A stretch of DNA of 64,000 nt, taken from Isurus oxyrinchus (Eukaryota). Each line of letters opens with the position of its first letter. Within the stretch, counting starts at the first letter, position 1. Positions 52,937 to 64,000 of the stretch are shown here, one piece after another. The stretch lies in the NCBI GenBank assembly GCA_026770705.1, contig JANJGN010000007.1, positions 179,366,001 through 179,430,000 of the forward strand, given 5' to 3'. Position numbers and translations under genes: made by a program. Below the pieces are notes generated by a model. That model saw only the letters and a program-made list of their open reading frames with translations. It made no database searches and was not told the DNA's origin.

Positions 52937-53170
52937 TAAAGACAAAACAAAACTGCGGATGCTGGAAATCCAAAACAAAAACAGAATTACCTGGAAAAAC
53001 TCAGCAGGTCTGGCAGCATCGGCGGAGAAGAAAAGAGTTGACGTTTCGAGTCCTCATGACCCTTCGACAGGTTCTGTCGAAGGGTCATGAGGACTCGAAA
53101 CGTCAACTCTTTTCTTCTCCGCTGATGCTGCCAGACCTGCTGAGTTTTTCCAGGTAATTCTGTTTTTGTT
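52937..53170. mobile_element. Penelope-like pseudo-LTR inverted dimer (palindrome) with 15-bp TSD
   Basis: Arms 52971-53070 and 53074-53173 are reverse complements with one mismatch. TSD TTGTCCAACTCTTGA at 52922-52936 and 53171-53185. Confidence 0.85.
53071..53107 (+). ncRNA. Minimal type I hammerhead ribozyme-like motif (A6U core variant)
   Basis: GUU-CUGUCGA-A-GGGUC-AUGAG-GACUC-GAAA-CGUC-AAC: stem I GUU/AAC, 5-bp stem II, palindromic ACGU stem III, GUC cleavage triplet. Confidence 0.6.
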
Positions 53171-56100
53171 TTGTCCAACTCTTGAATTGCTTATGGTCTA
53201 ATTCTAAACACCAGATGCTGAAGGCTGATGGGTGAGGTACAGTGAAGTTGATGGGTCTTGGTGGTTTGATGAAACAGTTAGTTTCTGGGTCAGTGTGGAG
53301 TCTGGGGAAGAATGGGGTCAAATTGTTCTGCACTAGTCTGACATGGAACTGGTTGCATTTTCTGAGTGATTACCCTCAGAACTCTCTGTTCCAATTTTTG
53401 CACAACTTGGAAATCCTTCACTCCTCCATTGGTGGCCATGCTTTGTGTATGAGTTCTCTCCCTAACCCTCTCCTCTTTTAAACCCTGGTTATAACTTATG
53501 TTTTTGATCATCTTCCTGATATTTCCTTGGTGTAAAAATTTCTGATTACGTTTTTTTGAAGTGCTTTGGTACATTTTATGACATTAAATGCACCAGGGTA
53601 CAAAATACTCTGGGACTGCGGGTGCAATCACTCTCAAAAGGCCCAAAAAAAGCCTGCAAAAAATCAGAGGACCAAAAAAATGAGAGAAAGGTTACCCCTG
53701 TAAACATTACCTTTGTATTATGGCTCTTCCATAGTCCAAATGGGACTGGACACTTGAAAGTGCAAGTGTCACTGGGAGCAGGAAATTAATGCACAGCTCT
53801 GAGGGGAGTAGCAAGAGTGGGAAAGACAGAATTTGTGAGGAGCTGCTCCATTCCAGATTCTGCCTTTCCTATGCTCTAGCTCCTCCAATCCCAAGTGCCC
53901 CCCGACCCACTGCCGGCCTCGCTGCTCCTCCTCCAGAGAAAGAATCTTTGATTGGAGGAACAACGAGGGTGAGAGGGAGGGACCTGTGATTGGAGGAGCT
54001 GGAGCAGTTATTCTGGCTGGTCTGCTGCCGCCATGCAGGAGACTTCCGACTGCGCCATTGCCAACTGCGTCAAGAGGTGGCTGAAGAGAATAAGCTGAAA
54101 ATGAGAAAAGTGCAGGAATGAGGTGGGGGGTGGGGGGGTGGGTGGTGCAGGGGGGGTGGGTGGTGCAGGGCCCAGGGCAGCTACCGCTCAGCCTCGCACC
54201 AGCTTGGACCTGGCTGTCCACGCAGACCGGGCTGGGGCTCTTGGCTAACCTTCTGTATTTCTCCAGTGACATGGCCTGGTTGAGTTTGCAGCATGTGATT
54301 TTGAGGTGGGGTGAGAAATGGAGAAAGTTTGCAGAAATGCTGGTTAATGGTGGGGGGGGTGCCTGGGCTTGGTGCCTTTTGTTATCTGCTGACTAGCTTG
54401 GTGCTGCAGCATTAATTTGTGTGTGTTCTCCTGATGCACAGTTAGACCCTTGAAGTCAGTATCCTGACGTGTGCTTCAGCAGTCATTTTAAACAGAAGTA
54501 CTGAGGAGAAAGAAACTTGAATTGAGGCAGAACACAATTAAAGAATGCTGGCGAGTGTTAATTGTTTGCAATTAATTTTTGAAAAGGGGCTGCAGATGTG
54601 CGGCTCATTCTCAATAAGTTACTTTGTGCCCCTCGTTAGAATTTGCATTTTGGAAAAGGAGTATGGGTCATTTATTTGCAATAAATTAACAAAATCATCT
54701 TTTTCAAAAATGAGTTTATAGGAAGCAGAATACCAGGATTTCGCTCACAGACAGCAAGTTAAAAGGTTTAATATATATGCAGTCTTTGGTATTTGAGCTA
54801 CTGTACCTATCTAAAGAAGGAAACCCTAAAACAAATTCAACATAACTCCAGAGGTTAATGATTGTATCACCTAATAAAGGAGTGAGTGAGTGAGAATGAA
54901 AAAGGAGCCCTGAAAACTAAAATGTAGCCCTCAAAACCAAAAAGAAGCGCTTGAAAAAATCTCAATAAGAGCCCTTGGTGATTGGTGGTGGTGGTGGGGG
55001 GGGGGGGGGGGGGGGGGGGGGGAGGGAAGGGAATTGAACCCTGACAAGCTCTGTATAAATGCAAATTGTTGTTGATTTTATGAAAACAGATTGCTGTCAG
55101 GCAGAGAAGGGAAACTTTATAAAATTAATTTCCAATCTTTCTGAGCAACACTTCACTGCGTGCACATGCACACACAAACGCTGAATCAGTGTACAGACTC
55201 ACTTGAGTGTTGAACACTTTCCAGTATGTGATTCGAGTCGTTGCTCTGTTATGCTGTTCCTCAATGCGTGTATTGTAGCCCAATTTTACACTCTCACTGG
55301 ATAGTGATTAGGAATGGCGACCACTAGTAATTTGTCCCTCCCAAACCCTGGAACACTGTCAATTTGTGTGCCAGCTGTTTGCCTGGTTGAGAGCATAGAC
55401 ATGGGATCAAACCTAGGATCTTGCTGAACAAGTTAGACTCATCTTGTCCACTGGACATATTGTAGGAGATAACCATTTGGCCATTCGTGCATTTCATTGA
55501 ACACCGTTTGAGAATGTCTAATATGTGACCGTATTGGAGGAGTTACGTGCCTGAGGTTAACAACTAGAGCATTTTGTAAAAATGTCATATGGCCACCTGC
55601 TAATGAGGACCTACAGCATGGTGCAGCAGCTGTGAGTTTCTGTGTGACAAAAAGTAGACAGAGTCACATTAAATCTGTGAAACTAAGGTTTCCTAGTAGC
55701 CCACTGTGCAATTGTACCAAACTGCACAGACCGGAAAGTCTCAGGTTAATTTCCTGGTCCGTGATGCATTTTTTGAACTCTTCTGCACTCCATTTGGGAT
55801 GAGCACTTTTAGGCCAGAAAAGTGAAAGGCCATTTGGGCTCTTGCTCCAGATCATGATTTAATAACTCCTGTTGCAAGTCATTGTGGTGGACTCAGAGTT
55901 CGAGTGTGTCCAAGCTGCAAATGATTCCATTTTCTTTTATGGATCCTCTCATGACTGAAGAGTCCGATGCAGGATCGGCATGGCACCAACAGGCTAGCTG
56001 TTCGTATCGTCGTGGTTGATACTTGAGGGAATTTCAGCTGTACCATCTCCAACCTTCCTCAGGGTATGGTGCGAGTTTAGCATAGATGGTCCTCAAAACT

Positions 56101-56931
56101 TTCTGAACCAAATTTCAGTGCTTGCCTCCACTTAGGCTGGTTATCAATGTTTTTACAGTTGAGGTGGTTTGCAGTACAGAAATTTGTAAGTCCCTGTCTT
56201 GGGATGCTCTAATATGATTTGTACTGAAATTCCACGATTATTCTGTGTTTTTCACTAGGTTCCCTAGTTTGTCTGCCTATTTCTTATCCACCTCCATCCA
56301 CTATGAGATGGTCTGTAGATGACACTTATCAGTGTGATTAATCCTTTATTGTATTTCATCTGTTAGTATGGATTCTATTTCTGTTTTGCTGATACCTGCA
56401 TCCCTTTTTACTATTGCCATTGTTATCCCTAATACCTACAAGTACTCCACCTTTCCCCATCTATCGTTTTTAAAAATGTTATATCCTGCAATGTTTAATT
56501 CCCTGATTTTTCTGTCGTCCCAGTCGATTTCTCTGTCACTGTCTCAGTAATCCCCACTATGTCTGGTTCCGCCCAATGCATGACTGTCTTCAGCTCTCCC
56601 TTTTTTATTTGCAGATACTGTGTGCATTGCTGCACAGATATTTTAACTCATTTGAATAGGATTTCCTCTCACTTCAGGTTCAATTTTCTTTTTAGAATCC
56701 CATTTTTGAACAATTTACCCACTATGCCCACAGATAGCAATGATCACTGATTCTGTTTTGGTGGTGTTGGTTGGGGGATGAAACTTGGGTGCAATATCAG
56801 GAGAAAACTCTTCAAACAGTAAATTAGAATCTTTGATGTCCACCTGAATGAGCAGTCACAGTCTCAGTTTTAAGGTAATTCCTGAAATGACTGCTCCTCC
56901 GACAGCGCAGCACTCCCTCTGTACTGTACTG

Positions 56932-57031
56932 NNNNNNNNNNNNNNNNNNNNNNNNNNNNNNNNNNNNNNNNNNNNNNNNNNNNNNNNNNNNNNNNNNNNN
57001 NNNNNNNNNNNNNNNNNNNNNNNNNNNNNNN
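56932..57031. other. Assembly gap (100 N)
   Basis: Run of N. Confidence 1.
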
Positions 57032-58096
57032 TGCCTAGTCGGAAGATGAGGTGCTGTTCCTCCAGTTTGCGTTGAGCTTCACTGGAACAATGCAGCAAGC
57101 CAAGGACAGACATGTAGGCATGAGAGCAGGGTGGAGTGTTAAAATGGCAAGCAACAGGGAGGGTCTGGGTAATGCTTGCGGACAGACCGAAGGTGTTCTA
57201 CAAAGCAGTCACCCAGTCTGCGTTTGGTCTCTCCAATGTAGAGGAAACCGCATTGGGAGCAACGAACGCAGTAGACTAAGTTGAGAGAAATGCAAGTGAA
57301 ATGCTGCTTCACTTGAAAGGAGTGTTTGGGCCCTTGGACGGTGAGGAGAGAGGAAGTAAAGGGACAGGTGTTGCACCTTCTGCGGTTGCATGGGAAGGTG
57401 CCGTGGGAGGGGTTTGAGGTGTAAGGGGTGATGGAGGAGTGGACCAGGGTGTCCCGGAGGGAACAATCCCTGCGGAATGCCGCCGGGGGGGATGAAGGGA
57501 AGATGTGTTTGGTGGTGGCATCATGCTGGAGTTGGCAGAAATGGCGGAGGATGATCCTTTGAATGTGGAGGCTGGTGGGGTGATAAGTGAGGACAAGGAG
57601 GACCCAATCATGTTTCTGGGAGGGAGAAGAAGGTGTGAGGGTGGATGCGTGGGAGATGGGCTGGGCACGGTTGAGGACCCTGTCAACGACCGTGCGTGGA
57701 AAACCTCAGTTAAGGAAGAAGGAGAACATGTCAGAGGAACTGTTTTTGAAAGTGGCATCATCAGAACAGATGCAACGGAGGCGAAGGAACTGAGAGAATG
57801 GGATGGAGTCCTTACAGGAAGTGGGGTGTGAGGAACTGTAGTTGAGGTAGCTGTGGGTGTCGGTAGGTTTGTAATGGATATTGGTGGACAGTCTATCACC
57901 AGAGATTGAGACAGCGAGGTCAAGGAAGGGTAGGGAAGTGTCAGAGATGGACCATGTGAAAATGATGGAGGGGTGGAAAATGGAAGCAAAATTAATAAAT
58001 TTTTCCATGTCCCCGATGAGAGCATGAAGCAGCACCGAAGTAATCATCGATGTACTGGAGAAAGAGTTGTGGGAGGGGGCCTGAGTAGGACTGGAA
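57032..58096 (-). mobile_element. Penelope-like retroelement (RT C-terminus and GIY-YIG endonuclease), 5'-truncated, 3' end lost in the gap
   Basis: FLQYIDDYFG; LPFLDLAVSISGDRLSTNIHYKPTDTHSYLNYSSSHP; LVYCVRCSQCGFLYIGETKRRLG-type GIY-YIG segment; EAQRKLEEQHLIFRLG. Confidence 0.9.
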
Positions 58097-60469
58097 TATC
58101 AATGCAAACCTTGTTTGTCTTCCATCCCTCCATTTTCTTTGCTTTCCTTCCCCGGTTATTTGGTCAGCCAGCAAACTAGCTCAAAGCTTGAATATCATAA
58201 GCATAAATTTATGAAGGCCTCATGGCCTGGGTTGCACTTTGTTTTCAAATTTCCGTAGCAGCAGATAAGATTGGGCTAGTTGCTTTGTTATTGATTGCAT
58301 TTTTAAGTTTTTCCTTTCCCTTTGCATAATTACTTGCTCTCTAGCTAAGAGGAGAGCAGGGTAACTCTTGTTTAACTCTTGTCTCAACTCAGTTGAAAGC
58401 CTGTGTCCACCCAAACCAACAGTGCTTGGGTGGTTAAGAGCTTGGACATATTGCGGAATAGATTGTCTTGAACTGGTGCTCTGCTGCTGCCTTCTACCTG
58501 CATGTGAGATTGTCAACGTGCTGAGTTTCTACTGTTTGGAATAATTTAAGAAGGGATGTATCAATTCTCAGTAGTGACATTGCCGCTCCAGCTGCAACAC
58601 CTTTTGAAAGTGTCACAGCAGTGAGGGAAGTGTACACCATTTCCAGTTCGTTACTTTGCAGTTGGCAGGCTGTAGACAAGATCACAGCCAACTTTGAATC
58701 AAAAAAATCTTACAGTTGGCAGGGTTCCTTGTGCAAGCATTGAGGGATAAAGTTGTCTGTCTCATATGGCTGTCTGCCACGCTTCATTTACTCGTATATT
58801 TTCCTCTTTCTTGGTTCCTGATGTTATTAATGATGTTGGGTCTCGGCCAGCTTTTGTCATGGATTTAGCTTCCTTAGCTCAGAGTGTTTGCTTTCAGAGC
58901 TGTGGGTGTGACTGAGGACAGCTCTCACTAACTCTAAAAATGCTCTTTAAACTTTGAAACCAAAAGCTGTACGTTTTCTTCTCTTTCTCTCTCTCTCCTC
59001 TGCCCCCCCCCCCCCCCCCCCCCCACCCCACAGAACTTAACAACTGTGCTAATGATGGCATGAAGAACAATCACAATGCCTCGACTCAGTGGACTGCGAA
59101 TGATAGTGATGAGGTCTGTCCTTGCCCAACAGTTACTTGTGTACCACTTTCCAATTGGTGTAGAGCATCATTGAATAGCCATCTTTTGAAGGGGCTCTGG
59201 CTGTCTTCCCACCCCTTGCCCTTTGCTTTCCTAACTAAAAGCCACTGAGCACCCCAGTAGCTGTTACACATTAGTTTTGGGTCAAGGTGGGTTACTTTGT
59301 GCTGAGTACTTTTAGTGTATTATTTTGGCACGTTGTGTTGGTAGGATTTTAACATGACCAAGGGTTTATGTGCCTGGGGTGGGGCGAGGCAGAAATAGGA
59401 AGGTTGGATGTTATTTATAGGTGTTGCCTTTGGAGTTCCTGTTTATCTAATTGGAGAGTTAGCCTTGTGCCTTTGCTGTTCAGTGCCAATTCTTATGTGT
59501 GGGTCACATTGACAATTGGGTCGACCATTGGCACTGTGTTCTGACTGGAAAGTGGATTTCAGCCCACCCGCACCCCATCACCAACTCATCTCCGCCTTGG
59601 TAGGACTCTCACGCACTCGCCAATAGCTTCTAGTCAGTGCGACGGAACAAGAGTAAAAAAAAACATATCAACCTCAGGGAATTTTGTGACTCTCCCCCTC
59701 CCACTGATTTGCTATCTCATTTCCTCTTGACTTGCTCAATCTGTGCTGTAGTTCACAGTTCAGCCTTTGATTCAGGGTTCCACAGAACTCTGTTCGCATT
59801 CCCAGTCCACGCTTCATGGTGGTGAACTGGTTACTGAATCCATTCTGTTTCAGACGATTCCATTCTGTGTTCGTTGGCTTCCTCCATATTGTCCCCCGAG
59901 AGCCCAAGAGTTTGGATAGTTTAATCTGTTTCTCCGTTGCTGTTTTATATTAAATTGAGGGGGTGGTTAATGATGCAGTTAGGAAGACTTCAGTTAGACA
60001 CCTGAATTGAAATATATTCATTCTTTAATGGGTCAGAATATGTATAAGGCTTCAAGGAAAGTGAGGCAGCTACTTAATATCTCTGGACTTCAAATAAAGT
60101 CATCATTCAGTTATGCAGTTATCAAACATGGAGCAGTTTGGATTTATCATTGTAACCAAAGCCTAAAGTAGGTGGCTACTCACTGCAGTAAATATTGCCT
60201 CCATTCAACCATTGCAAATAGAATTGCATCTATTTTGCTTTTTTCTTTCCATTTGTTCCCTGTGGCTCACTTCTTATTTTTCATCTGAAACTCCCAATGA
60301 CCAGTAAAAGTTGTGTTGGTATCATCAATAAGATTTTAGCAAGTTGTTATCTTGGGTATGTGACGTTATTTGTCACCCACTTTAATGGTGATAAACAGGC
60401 AGCAGTACGTTTCAAAATGTACTTGTCATAATTTGCATAGGGTCTGGCGAGTGCCTTTTTTATTATATA

Positions 60470-60790
60470 ACACGGGTAGATGTGGTCAGGCATTGGGGTA
60501 CAGTACTGGGGCGGGGGTTATAGGTCTGTCACTGTATAGCACTGGGATACAGTACTGGTGGATGTTTGGCTGTCGCTGTTTAAGGGGATACGGTATAAGC
60601 CTGTCATTGTATTACACTGGGATACGGAAATAGTGGGTACAGGTCTCACTGGCTGACATGTACAGTACTGGTGGATATGGCTCTGTAAATGTATAAGATT
60701 GGGGTGCAGGTCTGTCATTATATAAGTACCCACTACAGCACTAGTGGGTACAGGTCTCAGTGTTTGAAATTGAGGGACAATACTGGTGGG
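60470..60790. repeat. Degenerate tandem repeat (GGGTACAGTACTGGTGG..GGTCTGTCACTGTAT units)
   Basis: Several diverged copies of ACAGTACTGG and GGTCTGTCA motifs. Confidence 0.6.
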
Positions 60791-61844
60791 TAAAAGCCTG
60801 CTGCTGGTCAGAGGAAATGACAAATTAGAATTTGCAGTACAGGACAGGTTTTAGCAAAAACAGTTGAGAGGGCATGTGGTTTGATATGGTCCAAGAGCTA
60901 CAGTTTGCATAGTCCTGCTATATCATAGTTGTATCAATGTATTGAAACATTGTAATAGCACCAAAAAAGAAGTCTTGAATAAGCAAGTAAACTGACTGGC
61001 TTGAATGACTTCTGTGATTTCATTACTTGTAGTTTACTCAGTGTAAATGCAAACTGCATAACTTGCAAACTCTTGAGTTGGCGGCTCTAGGCATGAGGTG
61101 AGCACCTATCAAATCTTAGCACTTTGTAGTACACAATAGGGGAAGCACTGCTGTTGAATAGGTCTTAGTCACAGTGACCATGCATCATGAATTGTGACTG
61201 CCCTGCCTGTGCTTCTACTTTCAGTGGAAGACAGATGACTGTGCATTGAACTATGATTTTGAATTGATTTGTATAGCTGAAGAATTAGAATCAAGTGGCT
61301 TTCTTTCCACTCCTATCACCAACCTTTCATTTCTTAGGGAAGCAAAAAAATTTTGCTCACTCCCTACATCGTTAACTATTCACCCTTTTTGTCTTGAAGA
61401 TGCTGACTGTTATTTTGTCTATTTCCAGGGGTGGTGACTGGCCTAAGCTACCTTGTGGTCGTATGTCAAGTGTAAGACCAAACAAGTGAGTTTGTGTCTA
61501 TCCAACCATGCTTTAGCCACTCTCACCTCAGTCACTGTTGTATAAACAATGACATCACATCCCTATGAATAACACTGAGAATTTGTTGCTGGTTGAGGGA
61601 GGAATGTTGTGGACACCAGGAACTCGCTGATTTTCTAATCATACCCCTAATCGTCAGCGTTCACCTGAACAGATCTTGGTTTATTGTCTGATGACTAAGA
61701 CTGTCAGGCCTATTTTAAGAACTCAAGTCCTAGAGTGGAATTCTCAAACTGTGGACTTGAAAACAAGTATGTATTACCAATTGAATCAAGCTGCCATTAT
61801 GCACCAAGGTTGTTTTTACTCATATAGCTGGGGAAGCAGTTAAA

Positions 61845-63460
61845 ATTAACAGTCCGCTCAATGGTTTCAGCTGATGCAGGGTGAATGGTTGTGATGCCAC
61901 CAGAAATGGATCTTTACGGGTAGGAGTCCAGTATATAGCTGATGGCCTGACTTGGTTGGGGGGCACAGTCATAATATGAGCTGTTTGTTCCACTAGTGGA
62001 GCACGTGGTCACACCTAACCTGGCCTGAACTTAAGAGGTTGAGGGTTGTACAGATTTTCAATGAAAGGTTGAAACCTGAGACTTCACGACGTGGGTCAGT
62101 GGTGTGGTTGGTGATGTTTGCAGCCAACCAGGAGATGTCCATCGAGTGGTGGGGATGTCCATCAGGGTGTGGAGTGTGTTCCAGTCAGGGTTATGGGATT
62201 TCAGACGAGTGCTTGGGTATTTTTTTGTGGCAATGGAAGTGCTTTTTTAGCTGTCAGTGATGGTGTTCTTTGAGATCGATGTTTTGATGCAGACATCAGG
62301 AGGCTCAATGTGTGCGAGCACAGGGAGCCACTCAAGCTGCATTGGTCTCAATGTTCCAGAAATAATTCTCATTGACCATGTTTATGTGCTGGCTCCTGAG
62401 CCAGATTGAGGAGTTCCGCAGGGGTCAGTGTTGGGACCACAACTTTTCACTTCATACATTAATGATCTAGATGAAGGAACTGAGGGCATCTTGGCTAAGT
62501 TTGCAGATGATACAAAGATAAGTGGAGGGACAGGTAGTATTGTGTGGAGGCGGGGAGGCTGCAGAAGGATTTGGACAGGTTAGGAGAATGGGCAAAGAAG
62601 TGGCAGATGGAATATAACGTGGGGAAGTGTGAGGTCATGCACTTTGATAGGAAGAATAGAGGCATAGACTATTTTCTAAATGGGGAGAGAATTCAGAAAT
62701 CTGGAGTGCAAAGGGACTTGGGAATCCTTGTCCAGGATTCTCTTAAGGTTAACTTGCAGGTTGAGTCGGTGGTTAGGAAGGCAAATGCAATGTTGGCATT
62801 TATTTCCAGAGGACCAGAATATAAAAGCAGGGATGTGCTGCTGAGGCTTTATAAGGCTCTGGTCAGACCACATTTAGAATATTGTGAGCAATTTTGGGCC
62901 CTGTATCTCAGGAAGGATGTGCTGGCCCTGGAGTGGGTCCAGAGGAGATTCAAGAGAATGATCCCAGGAATGAAAGGCTTAACATTTGAGGACTCTGGGT
63001 CTATACTTGATGGAGTTTAGAAGGAATAGGGGGGATCTGATTGAAACTTACAGAATACTGAAAGGCCTGGATAGAGTGGAGGTAGGGAAGATGTTTCCAT
63101 TAGTAGGAGAGCCACAGCCTCAGAGTAAAGGGAAGACCTTTTAGAACAGAGATGAGGAGAAACTTCTTTAGCCAGAGAGTGGAGAATCTATGGAATTCAT
63201 TGCCACAGAAGGCTGTGGAGGCCAGGTCATTGAGGGTATTTAAGACCGAGATAGATAGGTTCTTGGTTGGTAAGGGGATCAAAGGATAAGGGGGAGAAGA
63301 CGGGAGAATGGGGTTGAGAAACTTATCAGCCATGATTGAATGGCGGAGCAGACTCGATGGGCCGAATGGCCTAATTTCTGCTCCTATGTCTTATGGTCTT
63401 ATTGAGCAGCAGTATTCTGTTATTGGGTAGACCAGACCTAAATGATGTCTGTATCACTTG
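61845..63460 (-). mobile_element. Ingi/Vingi-like LINE remnant split by a CR1 insertion
   Basis: Minus-strand pieces LGLVYPITEYCCS|IWLRSQH, MRIISGTLRPMQLEWLPVLAHIEPP, RLKSHNP, DPRREVSGFNL..TLNLLSSGQVRC match my recollection of Ingi/Vingi C-termini. Confidence 0.65.
62411..63400 (+). mobile_element. CR1 LINE 3' portion with TSD ATTGAG
   Basis: [29 protein letters not shown]; tail TCTTATGGTCTT; ATTGAG at 62405-62410 and 63401-63406. Confidence 0.9.
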
Positions 63461-63479
63461 ATCATTGTGGGGGACTGAT

Positions 63480-64000
63480 GCTTGCAGCTCAGACTGTAGG
63501 CTTGTTAAATTGGTGATGAACATCCACCTATCACCGAGACATCACAAGATCCAAAAGTCCAAGAGGAAGAAGATAAATGTCATGGACCGAAAGGAGGAAT
63601 TCCAAGTGAAGCTCAAACCAGTGTGGAAAATCTTCACACATCTAACTCAATTTCAAAACAGTTGGATCAAATAAAGTCAGCTGTACTCGACTCCTGTGCC
63701 CAGACCATTGGGTTCAAGCATTGTCGTCTCCAGGACTGGTTCGACGAAAACCATGCCGAAATGTGTGACCTGGAACAAAAAGAAGCAGCTTGCGTTGCTT
63801 AGTAGAACAACCCAAAAGGTCTCACAAGTCAAGAAGGCACCATTCCAACAGCTCAAGGCTAATGCCCAAAGACAAATCTGGAAGATAAAGGCCATGTGGA
63901 TGGGAAGAGAGAGCCTGAGAGATCCAGCTATAGGCTGACCATCATGATATGTGAAGCTTTTATGAAGCCACAAGGATCACCTATAGACCAATGTCAAATG
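63480..64000 (+). mobile_element. RTE-clade LINE fragment
   Basis: RLQDWFDENHAE..FQQLKANAQRQ..EIQL*ADHHDM*SFYEA, typical of the RTE inter-domain region. Confidence 0.6.

Noticed and set aside
1-64000. CRISPR arrays, rRNA, bona fide tRNA genes or prokaryotic operons
   Set aside because: None seen; tRNA-like motifs are SINE heads, and the repeats lack repeat-spacer structure.

Overview
Vertebrate genomic DNA, most likely from a cartilaginous fish (shark), inferred from the repeat content. No prokaryotic-style features were found. The window holds the first coding exons of two divergently transcribed genes about 21 kb apart: LSM14A-like (minus strand, ATG at 26108, donor at 25987) and a TAF4-family gene (plus strand, ATG at 47530, 1477-nt coding exon, donor at 49007). 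Each sits in a CpG island, and I found no further exon of either gene. Nearly all other ORF-track entries are decayed transposons or low-complexity artefacts. These include two abundant non-LTR LINE families (CR1, and a second CR1/L2-superclade family here called family B) that are heavily nested, a Penelope-like element, an internally deleted Gypsy LTR element with both LTRs, a solo LTR, Ingi/Vingi and RTE remnants, tRNA-derived SINEs, and a ~5 kb C/T-rich minisatellite abutting the TAF4-family promoter. Most notable: (1) the LSM14A-type exon paired head-to-head with a divergent TAF4-like gene suggests a third TAF4 ohnolog absent from mammals; (2) short Penelope 3' fragments carry a minimal hammerhead ribozyme fold with a family-wide non-canonical core (CUGUCGA), and one copy forms a 100-bp-arm palindrome.
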